DNA of 62,837 bases, filler included, from Choristocarpus tenellus KU-1152 (taxonomy: Eukaryota > Protista > Phaeophyceae), in the NCBI GenBank assembly GCA_964200185.2. It is 14 parts of 14 records of this genome, joined end to end, with 100 filler letters (N's around TTAATTAATTAA, not from the genome) between each part and the next. Parts side by side here need not be neighbours in the genome. Positions count along the whole stretch, not along the records: positions 48,458 to 51,482 come from CAXNAD020022857.1; positions 51,583 to 54,111 come from CAXNAD020027030.1; positions 54,212 to 58,516 come from CAXNAD020015199.1; positions 58,617 to 62,837 come from CAXNAD020015616.1; 10 more parts are not named here. One strand, 5' to 3'. The notes below the pieces were generated by a model. It searched no databases and was not told the origin of the DNA. It saw only the letters and a list, made by a program, of their open reading frames with translations. Made by a program: the position numbers and the translations under genes. Shown piece by piece: positions 50,405 to 62,458 of the stretch; the stretch's first letter is position 1, and the number at the start of each line of letters is the position of its first letter.

Positions 50405-51099
50405 TGACGAGCTGCTCAAAATTATAGCAATTGCTATCTTCAGTCGTGGACGGATGTGCTACCTGTTCCCGTGAAGGGAAGGCACGGATGTGACACAATT
50501 TGCTACGATTTCTATGGCGTGATTAGTGCATTGGTCGACAAGGTGCGTACGGGTTAGGGTTGTCACCAGTGGCAAGCAGAGGCCAGTTATTGTGAGTGGG
50601 GGGAGCATGCATGTAGTATATGTGCTACCTATTCCTGTAGGGTTAGGGTTAGGTACATGGCACAGACGTTGATACCGGAAAGAATATAATAACTTCAAGT
50701 TTTGTGCGAGTTTGCCGGTTGGCAGGCTTATGTAAAATAGGCGATGGTTGTAAGTGTGCACAGACTGTCTGTGTGGTCAATTGAGAAGTGTGTATGCGTG
50801 ATTCTGACGCTGTGTGTTGTGTCGATGTGAAGGGAGTCACGGACGTGACACAGGTTTGAACGGTATATATTCCGTGTTTGGTGTATAGGTGGGCAAGGGG
50901 CGTACGGGTTGGGGTTGTCGCCAGTGGCAAACAGAGGCCGAACTTTGTGGGTGGGGGCGATCGTCATGTGGAGTGTGCCTACCTTTGTCATGATTGTCTG
51001 TCCGGGAGGAACCTTATCGCCTTTGCGGTAGCGTCACTCTTCCTCTGGTGTCGGATCCCTCAAGGTGTATTGAGTTTTGGTTGGCTTGATTGTATCCAC

Positions 51100-51417
51100 T
51101 AGGGATGAGGTTCCTGGCATGTGCACCCCGTTTAGTTCCAGTCTCCTGGCAGCAGACTTCACCACAGCCCCGAATCCATCAGACAAGGATTTGCTGTGAC
51201 AAGAGGCAAAGAAGTTGTGTACTACGGAAATTCCCATCCGTTGTAAAGACTGAGAAACCCACCACATCTGTCATCTGTTCTTGAACTGACTTCTGCAGCC
51301 ATCGGACCAGATGTGGGTGACCTCTAGGGTCTGTCCGTATTCCCGGGCTAGAGGTATTAGATGATCTTTCACAAACATCTCCACGGTGTTCTGGATGAAC
51401 TTGTTGTCTTGGCTTCG
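51100..51417 (-). pseudogene. Sola2-type DDD transposase fragment
   Basis: RSQDNKFIQ...THIWSDGCRSQFKNR*QMWW...VHNFFASCHSKSLSDGFGAVVKSAARR matches the SDG-x2-QFKN and FFxxxHGKxxxDGxGxxVK pattern recalled for Sola2; one in-frame stop; truncated by a family A MITE. Confidence 0.75.
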
Positions 51418-51482
51418 GAGTGAAAGTATCTTAGAGGGTACGAGTTTTGCCCTGTTTGTCCATTTGGGGCTTGGCTTTCCAT
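51418..51482 (+). mobile_element. MITE family A, left end (contig edge), abutting the Sola2 transposase relic
   Basis: GAGTGAAAGTATCTTAGAGGGTACGAG..GTCCATTTGGGG. Confidence 0.9.
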
Positions 51483-51911
51483 NNNNNNNNNNNNNNNNNN
51501 NNNNNNNNNNNNNNNNNNNNNNNNNNTTAATTAATTAANNNNNNNNNNNNNNNNNNNNNNNNNNNNNNNNNNNNNNNNNNNNGAAGTCGGTTTTGTGTTG
51601 TGGTGTGGGTGTTATGTTGGGGGGGTGGGGGGGGTGGGGGCCGGGGGGGCAACAGAAATTTCAACATGCTAGTTAGTACTCCTTCCATGTTGTACCTAGT
51701 TCTGCACAGGAGGGGAAATGGGTATGGCATGTGTGGAGGCAGAAGCAGTGAGGACGGTGGCTATGTTGAATGAATAGCTTGGCCCTTGAGGGCTAGAGCT
51801 ATGTCTACCTCTGAAGGAGGGCTCTGAGGGGAAATTGGTGGGATGCATGAAGGGAGGGGGTACACAGAAACAAGCAGAACATGTCTTTCGAGGGGGATTG
51901 TTTTTGTAGAA

Positions 51912-52170
51912 GAATGAAAGTATCTTAGAGGGTATGAGTTTTGCCCTGTTTGTCCATTTGGGGCTTGGCTTCCCATGGAGTTTTTATGATATTTTGCCTA
52001 TTCCAAAATGTTTTGGAGTAGGTAATATGTGTACATTATGAAAAGGTGTTTCCGGAACAAGGATACTGACACTTCCTAACAAATAAAACGGATAAAATTA
52101 CATGGAAATCGCAACATTGGAGTTTGGCCCCCAAATGGACGCGGCCGTACCCTCTAAGATAATTTGACTC
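51912..52170 (+). mobile_element. MITE family A, full copy with 4-bp TSD
   Basis: AGAA at 51908-51911 and 52171-52174. Confidence 0.95.
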
Positions 52171-52709
52171 AGAAAGGATAAGATGATATTTTATTAATCA
52201 TTGAGTGCATTTATGATACATGCCTCGATTAACACAGGGCTTAACAACGGCCATATAGTAATGTATACCCAAGGCTATTCTCCATCAGTAATAAAATCAA
52301 ATGGTGGCTGTATATTGGAAGGATGTAACACCTGTGACCTGTCTCAAGAATGGCAACAAAAAAGGATGGGAAGAGAACCGCTTATATGCATCACAACAAC
52401 TCGTACGGTGATTTGAGACACAAATTGGGACCATGTCCATGTGCCCGCTACACGAATTTTCAATTTTTTGTGGAGCACACTGAACGCCTATGAAACTGTA
52501 CTGCAAGGTAGCTTTCCTGTGCTAACCCTAGCCCTAACCCTTGAGAATCAATTCGCCACACATAAATTTCAAGAAATGAGTCCTATAGTTTGGGGAAGCT
52601 ACACCTTGCTCCTCTTCTAATTCACGCCGTAGACCCGGGCAAGGCCAGAAAACAAAGTAGCAACAGGGCGGGGGCAGTGAGGGATGTGAAGGATGTGACA
52701 CAAAATAAC

Positions 52710-52832
52710 TCACAATCTGTCTCCGAAATCTCCCAAGCCAGGTAAAATATACTTGCGTTCATCCAGGCAGTCATCCACAGCTGCAGTCACCACAGTTAGT
52801 GCTGGGAACACAGCGCTAAGAGCTGCCAATCC
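52710..52832 (-). CDS. UPRT: Uracil phosphoribosyltransferase domain, C-terminal exon
   Basis: CAG|[40 protein letters not shown]; [12 protein letters not shown] is the uracil-binding motif; phase 0 with the previous exon. Could be a stand-alone UPRT or a uridine kinase-UPRT fusion. Confidence 0.93.
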   Translation of the reverse strand, partial: GLAALSAVFPALTVVTAAVDDCLDERKYILPGLGDFGDRL

Positions 52833-53915
52833 CTGCCACAGGAACAAAAGCATCACAATCAGTTTACAGTGATTTGAGTAAAAAATGTTACTACTAGTAT
52901 TAACATCAATTTTGCAATTCTAAGTATATGACCCCCCCCCACCCCCCCACCCCCCTCCAACTCCAATAAATCAATTCCTTGGGTATGTAGCCCTTGTGAT
53001 CATGTCCATTGTTACGCCCTAAATTGTACAAGGATGCGCAGTTCTTACCGTTTGAAAAAACCACATGTGGAACCATTCTAAGAAACTTGAAAAAAAAACT
53101 GCATTTTGCTTTCTTTTTTTTTTTCAGTTTCTTCAAGTTACTGCCACTAAAATATACAGGGAAAAGATGAGGAGGAAGGGGGGGGGGGCTGTATGACAAG
53201 AGTTGCAGATATCTATACCACTTCACGTCTAGCTCTAGCTACAAAATATTTGCATGATACTGTGTGTATTTGTTTGTTTGAGTGCTGTGGTGGTAGTGGC
53301 AGTGACGGGGGTTTGGGGGAAGAGGTGAGGGCGTTGCCCATTCTCCAGAAACATCATCCCATTGTGAAAATAAAAATATCTTAATTGCACATTGCCACGA
53401 GCACATACAGATAACACTGACTGCAAACACTACTAGAGTCACTTTTGTAAAATAAATCAGAGGTGCTGATTAAAATACACAACGCGGACAATTATTCCAT
53501 TGAATATCGAAAGTCAATATGGCGAAACAAGTGCTAGACAAGGGTTTTCCATTGAAAGGAAAGTCAGTACCACTACTTCTCAAAAATTAGGGTATTTTTA
53601 TATTTGTTTGTCGAGGACATTTCCTTGAAAATAATAATCTCCAACAACAGAAGGTATACCTTGGAAAATCAGCACTCTAATCATTCCCATGAGAGCAGTA
53701 AGCACCTTGACTACAAGCAGGAAGGGATAAGAACCCACCAAGACATCAACAGAGGATTAAAAAAAAAATGGGACCAAGACTATGCAAGGCATTTGCAGCA
53801 TTTACGAAAAGGCTCGAAAAGCATTTATGGGAGATAGCTACACTGACTGGAAAATTACTGCTCAATACTCGGTTTTGATTAACTGCGATAAAATCACACA
53901 AACACTGTATCCCAC

Positions 53916-54038
53916 CTCTGGGCAAACAACCACAGTCACCAAGACAATCGATGACTCTTGGACCCCTGCCGCCACCAAGGAGTGCACAGCCATGATGGCG
54001 GTGTTTCCAGTAGCGAGCATTGGATCACACAGGAGGAC
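53916..54038 (-). CDS. UPRT: Uracil phosphoribosyltransferase domain, exon
   Basis: CAG|VLLCDPMLATGNTAIMAVHSLVAAGVQESSIVLVTVVVCPE|GT; DPMLATG is the PRPP-binding motif. This exon is not in the ORF track. Confidence 0.93.
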
Positions 54039-54069
54039 CTGTTTGGGTGAAACAGTGTGAGAGGGGTCA

Positions 54070-54101
<32 letters not shown>

Positions 54102-54211
54102 GTGGGTAGGGNNNNNNNNNNNNNNNNNNNNNNNNNNNNNNNNNNNNNNNNNNNNTTAATTAATTAANNNNNNNNNNNNNNNNNNNNNNNNNNNNNNNNN
54201 NNNNNNNNNNN

Positions 54212-54349
54212 ACACCTGTTCATAACGGTTACGTCTTACCGACTCCAAAAAATTTTGGATTAGGAAAAGGTCATTAAAAAGCCCATGGGAAGCCAAGCCC
54301 CAAATGGACAAACAGGGAAAAACTCGTACCCTCTAAGATACTTTCACTC
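54212..54349 (-). mobile_element. MITE family A, half copy (contig edge)
   Basis: ..CCCCAAATGGACAAACAGGG..TACCCTCTAAGATACTTTCACTC. Confidence 0.9.
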
Positions 54350-54880
54350 ACAACCTCAGCCCCCTAATGGTAATTAGCTGCATTTCGGGGATGGGAATGA
54401 GGACTTGAGGCAGCTGAATGATAAAGTTCCTTACACTCCAAAAAGGGTCTAAATCAACCCCCCATGTGCGAAAAATGCATTATTACTTTCGACTTCCTAT
54501 TTGAACTGCTGTCGTGGTCGTCGAGTGCCACATTTCCTGCTCAGGGTTATATTATTTTCAGTGTACTATTGTTGGTCACAGAGACTTAGTAGTGTGCTCC
54601 CTCTTTTTCCTTCACTTTCATGAAACACGAGGATTAAAGTGTAATTCAACTCACAACCTGGGTCATGTTGATGATATTCTCCTCTTCTGTTGACCCCAAA
54701 TTCTGGACCCTGGATCGTGAAGTTTACATCTCGATCCAGGATCAGTGGTGTAACAACATACGACCATACACAATGGTCAGGCCGTGGTAGCATATATTAG
54801 GCGTAGAATCCGTTGTGGTTGTCATGTGTAGTGTGGAGTGGTATACGATAAGCGAAACCAGATTTCCCTGAAGAGAGGTA

Positions 54881-54929
54881 TGGCGCCGACGGGGTTCGAA
54901 CCCAGAATGCTTACGCAGGTAGGCGCCTC
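54881..54929 (-). pseudogene. tRNA-derived fragment (Thr-CGT-like, 5'-truncated)
   Basis: Minus strand reads GCGCCTACCTGCGTAAGCATTCTGGGTTCGAACCCCGTCGGCGCCA: B-box/T-loop GGTTCGAACCC and a 3' acceptor strand, with no D-arm or A-box. Confidence 0.55.
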
Positions 54930-57399
54930 GAAAATTCCATATAGATGAACTGCAAAGATGAAATAATATGTGAAGTTCAACAGGATGAACTGGAATATGA
55001 CCCACAAATTAGGATGATGAACTTTGGTTTCTTCATCTCTTCACCCGTCCATCCCGTCCATGTTGAACTTGTTTGAGGAGATAATAAAACAAGAGATGGT
55101 TGTTGGTTGGCCCTCATTGAAGAGGGTACGTCATCTCTATGTCGAGGGCATATGAAACAGAAACCTAACCACAAAAAATCAATAATAAGAGTGTGTGATG
55201 GAGGCAGGTTGAAGGTGGAAGTTGAAGGATCGCAGTGTAGTGGTTATGAATCAAACATGGATGTTGAGCTCTACATGACGTACAATAAGGAACGTATATA
55301 TCCATCTGTATCTACACATTGTGAAGTATCATTTATTGGGTTTACACGCGAGTTAGATGTTTGTGAATTAGTTGAGATATGTGATTAGATAGTTTAATTG
55401 AGTGTACATATATTGTAGTTCTGAAGTTTTGTTGTCTTTATCCTTATATGCGTTGATGTAGGGTCGTTCAACTTGATTATCTTTGCCCCAGTTGTAGAAC
55501 AAAGTACCAGGTTGATTATATTAGTACTTTGAACACACACGACACACGCACGACACACGCACATACTATACACAGCTTCTCTGCAACCAACCGCCAGGAA
55601 GTACGAAAATAATCCAACATGATTGTTCTAACAATTGGTACACCATACGAGCTAAAGCAAGTCATTGTACTTCCACAACTTACGTTGGCTCTAGGAAGTC
55701 AACGTGGCCTAAACTCATTCGCAACCAGTCTGTGATATCCTCGCCACTTGCCCTCAGGTTCTGGTAGTATATGTGACATATACATTGTGCCCCCTCCAGT
55801 GTGTACACTATTTCCAACCAAACTGCTGAATATGATGCACCTTCAGGTGTTGCTGTCCATCGACCTGTTGAATACAATCGTCAATCCAGAAGATATTACT
55901 CAGATGTAGTATACGTGTTACAGACTTCCACATCTGGGTATGCATTAGGATCAACTATCCTCTCCTCGATGCTCGTAGGAGATAATGTAGTGCTGGGTGT
56001 GGTTCCATTTCCCTTTCCGCCTACCACGCTTTATCCCAACCCCCAAGCAATTCGCCCTCTTGATGTGGAGTTATTCAAAATGAAGGTCCAACCTTTCCAA
56101 AACAGCCACAATGATAGTGGTACCGTCGGCAATCCATGTAGCCGGTGTGTCAGCCAAGTGGGCCACATAAGTTCTGTAGCTCTGTAGTGTGCTAAATTGT
56201 TGTCTGAAGACCCAAAATTACATAAAACACAATGTCGGCAATATAGGGGGTACGATTCACCATCAGTCAGTGCCTCCAAGAAGTGGATATTTACAGCGTT
56301 TATTAGATGGCTGCAAAAAAAACGAGAGGTGAAAATGCAGAGCGAAATGTATGACATAGGGTTGAAGGAGTATCAATAGAGGGCAGACGATAAATATACA
56401 ACAGAGGCGTGTTCGCCATCTATCACCCTGTCGTTGTTGAGAACCTTCAACAGAGTGTGGAATCCGCAACTTCTGTCTATAGGGCTTAGGTACATACTGA
56501 ACCTATTAAGCTGCACCTCCAATAGTTGTCCAACCCCGCACACATCTCTTGCCACGCTGTCCTTCTGTCCCCTCTACATGCACTGAAGTGTGAACCTCCG
56601 TACATCCCCCTCATTGGTGTAGCATTCAGTACTGCCCAATTAGTTAAGAACGCCTTAGGATATGGAACCAACAGCAGCAGTAAGATTATGTTTAGGAGAT
56701 GAATGTTTATGATTATGACTTAGAGTTATTCGAAACTCTGCTTACAGGAGATTAGTTGGTGTGGTAACAGGTGTACTCCCAGCACCAGTACAAATATGGT
56801 AGGAACTACTAATACCACAACTCTGCACAAATCATTGATGAGAACCACTACCCATTCCAGCACTTGTAGGAATGACAAGGGTGGTGATCATACAGTGTGT
56901 TGTTCACAGCAACCTTGTTGAGAACTTAAAGTACAGTTGTGGAAGAAGGAATGCGTAGAAGCAGGGAGAAGGAACGAGGAATCGACGAGGCACCAGTATC
57001 GAAGAAGAGCCTGACATAATAGTGTGTTTTCAAATAATATTATGAACATATACTATTGGTATAGTCCTTTATCCACGGGAGCAAGAAAAGCCAATATATA
57101 TAATCTGATGATTACCCCTGACTATGAATATCAGTACTACTAGCAACCCACTCATGAAGGGCTCCTCCAAGGCGCATGTTGTGCTATCAAAGGTTGGCCA
57201 GACCACATAACCCAAACCTAAACCCTAATTCCGAGCTCGTTGTTCACCGAACAAAATCACAACAAACCAATCATCCCCATCATACATCCCACAAGATGTT
57301 TTTGTATATCCAGCAAGCATTGCCCAGAGTACACCTAAACGTACATTACACTATAACAACATTTGACTTCCAACTACTTGGTGGGTTATGACCGTAAGT

Positions 57400-58497
57400 T
57401 CATCGTTCATCACCGCTGACATACATAGGAGTGATCTCCTCAACAAGTCTTTATCCTGTCGCAGATTCAGCAACCTCTTCCTCCACTCCATTTGAGAAGT
57501 CCATGCTCTGAACGTCAGTCTCAACCTCTTTGTCAGAGGCATTATCGCAATGGACCCTACAGCCCGCAACACTGTAACCCCCCATGGCATTAGCTCTACA
57601 AACAGTTTGATAGGATTCAAGAAAACTACACAACCATCCTTTATGACCTCAATTCATGTCGTATCTGGTAGGGTCAAACTCGATGAGCATCTCCCCATCC
57701 ACCATGCTCTCGAGACCCTCTTTCATTGGCAAGAACAACGTCTCTCGTTCCAAAACACCTTGTTTACCATTGCAGCAAGACATAACATGACAAGGATCCC
57801 CACACAACAAGTAAGTGATACAAGCACTGCTCCTTCGTGCTCTGTAGTCTTTGTGCAACATTATTCTGACCCTGTACCCGTCCGTTTACATAAACAGTAC
57901 AATATATCAGCTGGTCATGAAATCATCGTGCGTTGCACAACTGCTGATGTCCCGTCCCTTGATACTACTGCCGTTGTAATGGAGCCAGCCATACATTCCA
58001 TGCCTGATGCAGGGCAATTGAAATGAACCCACACATCCATGGAATCGTATGGTAGCTGCTCGTACTCTCTCAGTACTTGGTCAGCAAGTAATAGATCAGT
58101 ATTGGTTCAATTGGCAAACGCAACCACACATAAAGATCGGGTTCGTGCCATGACTGAATTACCTAAAACTACCGCTATCCAAGAACTTCGATCAGTCGTA
58201 GCTATGATTAATTTTGTGCGTATATTTATAACCTAACCTGACCACTGTAATCGAATCATTAGCTCGTCTTACTAAGAAAGGTGTCAGTATTGATAAGGAA
58301 TGGAAATTGGACCAGGATGTGGCAATTTTTAAAGTGAAGGCAATTACTCACTGCAACCCTGACTCTCATATTCCCTGACTTTGCCAAAGAGTTCGTCGTC
58401 CATGTTGATACCAGTGAGAGTGGGGCTGGAAGTTTTTTTAGCACAACCCCGATCCGTTCATCCTATGACTTACGTATCATTGCCCAACTTCAGGAAA
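57400..58497 (+). mobile_element. Ty3/gypsy pol remnant (RT thumb/connection and RNase H start)
   Basis: DRVRAMTELP..IQELRSVVAMINFVRIFI, LARLTKKG..W, FPDFAKEFVVHVDTSESGAG..LAQ at 58130-58490. The upstream boundary is approximate. Confidence 0.8.
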
Positions 58498-58616
58498 GAC
58501 CCGAAGTATCTGTGGGNNNNNNNNNNNNNNNNNNNNNNNNNNNNNNNNNNNNNNNNNNNNTTAATTAATTAANNNNNNNNNNNNNNNNNNNNNNNNNNNN
58601 NNNNNNNNNNNNNNNN

Positions 58617-58738
58617 CCAAATGGACAGCCGCCACCCCCTCCCAGATACTTTGAGCCCTATCCATCCGATGTATCATCCAAATCACCCAATAATGTGACA
58701 TGAAAAAATTGACCACCCCCTCCCAGATACTTTGAGCC
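58617..58738 (-). mobile_element. Two nested or tandem MITE family B ends
   Basis: CCCAGATACTTTGAGCC occurs twice (ending 58657 and 58738) with family B internal sequence between. Further B ends at 58498-58516, 62803-62837 and possibly 44480-44512. Confidence 0.85.
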
Positions 58739-59252
58739 TCCTCAAACTCCACCTCCCTCTCATCCTAACACTCCTTTTTTCCCGTTTCACGCTCCAAGTC
58801 CTCCTCGTCACCCTTCTCTCCACCCCCGACTTCTACCTCAACCCTCTCCCTTACCTCCTCTCCCTCCTCTTTCTCTACACTCTGCTCAGTTGGGTGCAGA
58901 GTTCGCGACTAGCAGAGACTAAGGGGACACAAGACTTTCAAAACGTTTGTATTCCTGAAAATAACAATAATTGAGCTGATAGGATCACGGCGTCGAGTTT
59001 CACCATTATTTTGCTGGGGCCTTGAGACATCTTCTGCCTATCTATTGGCGACTCATATGTGCCTGGCACCTAGAACAATGTCCGTTCCCACTTCTCCGAT
59101 ACACTGTCAGTTTTACGCTGGTTACTATGGTTCCCAGAGCGCAAGGAGAACACATTGCTACCTTGAAAATGATCGATGACCACCAACAGGTATTTCTTAT
59201 CTCACGCTACCCTGTAGGACCTGTTGCATCCTTGAGCCGGACATATACTTGA

Positions 59253-59365
59253 TACCTACTCCGAAATATTTCGGAACAGGAAAATATTATAAGAAACCCA
59301 TGGGAAGCCAAGAACCCAAACGGATAAACAGGGAAAATCTTGTACCCTCTAAGATAGTTTAACTC
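59253..59365 (-). mobile_element. MITE family A, truncated copy
   Basis: TACCTACTCCGAAA..CCATGGGAAGCCAAG..TACCCTCTAAGATAGTTTAACTC; the other end is missing. Confidence 0.85.
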
Positions 59366-60382
59366 CTGCACTTGATATTTCGAGAATGGAAGTAGACCAG
59401 ATAAATGGAAGCAGGAATCTTTAGAGGTATTCAGAAGTCTCAGAAAAATGCATGAAGTTCATGGTGGCAAATTGAGTTAGTTCCTTGGAGCATCATGGAG
59501 CCTCACATTATTGTTTGGGTCAGAAGAAACGTGATCATTGCAACTGGTAAGAATCAAAGATTGCCCATATACAATGGATGCAACGAGCAAAAAGTGCTTG
59601 TCCATGACGGTTCTTCCAGGGATATTACTGGTGATGGAGGGAACGGGATGAAAATCGATCAATGAAGTGTGCAGGAGGACCTGACTCACCTCAACGAGAA
59701 GAAAAGCTGGAATGTAGAAACACACCTCACACTCTTGCCAGTAACAAGGAAAGGTAGTGACTTCAGCACATTGCACATAGTAGTAAGAGTGCTTGGGCAG
59801 GAAGTATATATTGAACTCTTTCCTCAAGCTCAGCAGCTGTCCAAGAAGGTGTGAAAGAGTATATCGGCACATATATTCTTTGGTTCACCACAAAACAAAT
59901 AATTCAACAGCAGCCCTCTGCTAAGAAATTATGGCCTTGTTACAAGGTCCCGCTAGATCACACATCATCTATCAAGGTCGGGGTGTTATTGACAATACAT
60001 GAAAGGTCTCAGATAAGAAGGGTGGACCAACAATAACCACACTAAGACCCAATTCCATTCTTACATACTTTCTTGGTGACCATATTATCTAACTTGGTAC
60101 ACGCCCTCAGCAGCAGCAACAATCAGGTCCGGATAAAGGCCTTGGTTAATATCGAAGCGCTCATAAGTATCTGGACTGAAGAGTATTTTCAGATTCATCC
60201 TTCCAAGCACAGAATCAAAGATATTTGTAGAGGGAAGAGGCAGAGAGGGAAGATGTAAATGTTTCTATTGGTGAGACCAGCTCGAAACCTGCCGACTCCG
60301 TTAGACCATACAGTGCTTGTGCATGAGCAGTGATGTGTGAAGAAGGAAAGGTGGTCTCCTTAGGGAAGGATGGAGCCGCAAG

Positions 60383-60642
60383 GAACCTAAATTATCTTAG
60401 AGGGTAGAGCCGCGTCTATTTGGGGGTCAACACCCAATGTTGCGATGTTGATGAAATTTTGACTATTGTGTTATTAGGAAGTGTCAATATCCATGTTCCC
60501 GACAAACCTTTTCATAACATACACAGTTTACCTACTTCGAAACATTTCGGAGTAGGGAAATATCATAAAATTATCCCATGGGAAGCCAAGCCCCAAATGG
60601 ACAAACATGGCAAAACTTGTACCCTCTAAGACACTTTCCCTC
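60383..60642 (-). mobile_element. MITE family A, full copy
   Basis: Reverse orientation, degenerate TIR, AAG on both flanks. Confidence 0.93.
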
Positions 60643-62201
60643 AAGATAGTTCTGCCAATAACACTCACTCCCCACAATCTGCCCACCAGGATGTCCCACC
60701 CGGAATGTTCATCAGGAACCAGATCAGTATCGAGCAGCTGCACAAAATGAGTATGTCCCTTGGAGCGCCCCATTATCTTCTCCTCCATCCTCGACGTACC
60801 CTGAGGGGATACTTTGCAGGCAACCTGATGAAAATGAAAAATGGATGGGTTGAGAAGAGCTATACCCACATTCTTCCAGCGAGAGAAGACAGGATAAATG
60901 TGGGAAGATCATCATGCCACCTTTTCAGACCATACATTGAACGATGGTAAATAATCCAATGGATTTGCGGCATGATATGCTGGTGGATGCAGCAGCAGTT
61001 GGCAAAGGTAACATATTGGTCTAGGTAATCTCGGAAGGAAAGTTTAACAGAAACACATACTGAGATTCTCCAAGTATATGAGGCAATACAAACCATCCAA
61101 AGCAGGAAATATCTGGATGGAGTGTAGGGTTGTGGTCATGATCAGAGTATGATGCCTGACAAAACAACAAGTCTAGGGATATTTCCGCCGTAATGTTGCA
61201 CTACTTTCAATAGATCTTTATAAGAAACAATACAATAGTACGCAGAACAAATCCAGTATATACTTTCGATATACCATATCTTTCTGCACAGAATGGCCTA
61301 AGACTCAGCATGACTCACCCCTTTGTCTGGGCACTGAGAAATGGTACATATCTTACAATGAAGGTACCTCAATCTGACACACGTGGACACACTAGTGTCC
61401 ACAACGATTCTGGGTCCATCTGAGATAAACGTCCCAAGCCTGATATCACACCGGAACTTGCGGATATAGAAACTGTGGAGGGCATCAATTTGGGAATAGT
61501 TCTCCTCTACACATGTATGTCATCCATCACTGCAAAATCTGAATGAGAAAGGAGTAGACATGGTTGATTGGATATATCCCAACGAATAATCCACGAGATC
61601 TGGCAAACTTGACCATTTATTCTGCAGCTGAGGTTAGCACATGGGGGTTAATTCCGTGGCCGACACCTAAACTCACCTTGCGAGTGCACCAATCCACAAT
61701 GGAGAATGAGGAGCAAGAAATGCGCATTCAATGTAGGCTCTACCGGGACAGAGCACAGACGGTAAGGTGAATGGTGGTGCTACTATCCAAATCTTCTCTT
61801 CCACAATTTGTTCAAAACGAAATATTGGGCGATTGCCCATCCTGAGCCCTTCAGAAAGAAATGACTATAGTGCAAGAGTCAACGGTGATACCAAGCCCAC
61901 GTCAAGCAGCACAAGCAGCATTATGTGTGAAGAAACAGATTGTAAGAACGTTGTTGCTCAGTCTGTGCTTTTTTTCCTGAGGGGATAAAATGCAGCGGAA
62001 CAACATCCAAGAATCAAAGTAACTTTGAAACTGTTAAAACTCGTCCCTCCTTTGTATGCAAGGCAGTTACAGAAGTTAGAGCTCTACATATTAGTGTATT
62101 CCGTTGCCAAGATGGAAACAAGGCATTTCCTCACTCTGCAACAAAAGTCAGGGTGTTCAGTTTCCCTACTAGCTAGACACAAATTGCTTCCATACCCTAC
62201 A

Positions 62202-62458
62202 GGGTCAAAGTATCTTAGAGGGTATGAGTTTTGCCCTGTTTGTCCATTTGGGGGCTTGACTTCCCATGGGTTTTTTAATGGCATTTTCTTCTCCAAAATA
62301 TTTAGGGTAGGTAAAATGTATACTTCATGAAAAAGTGTGTCCGGACAAGGATATTGACACTTCCTAACAAAAACGATCGCGAAAATTATATCAAAATCGC
62401 AACATTGGATTTTGGCTCCCAAATGGACGCGGCTTTATCCTCTAAGATACTTTGACTC
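62202..62458 (+). mobile_element. MITE family A, full copy
   Basis: GGGTCAAAGTATCTTAGAGGGTA...TCCTCTAAGATACTTTGACTC. Confidence 0.95.

Noticed and set aside
50400-50450. CTGACGA..AAAA plus a hairpin as a hammerhead ribozyme
   Set aside because: The GAAA core and stem I are not present, and the stretch overlaps a MITE fragment.
55493-55650. Short TG..CA segment followed by TGGTAC as LTR + PBS
   Set aside because: No TSD, no second copy, and the PBS could not be matched to a tRNA.
59400-62000. Decayed coding-like sequence (also 6300-7230, 19100-20480, 28100-28800, 33500-35200 and 56000-56670)
   Set aside because: Many stops in all frames and no motif I can name; BLASTX would be needed.
62084-62422. 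Recurrent peptides such as QAPNGQTGQNSYPLRYF in several ORFs
   Set aside because: Translations of MITE family A, not a gene family.
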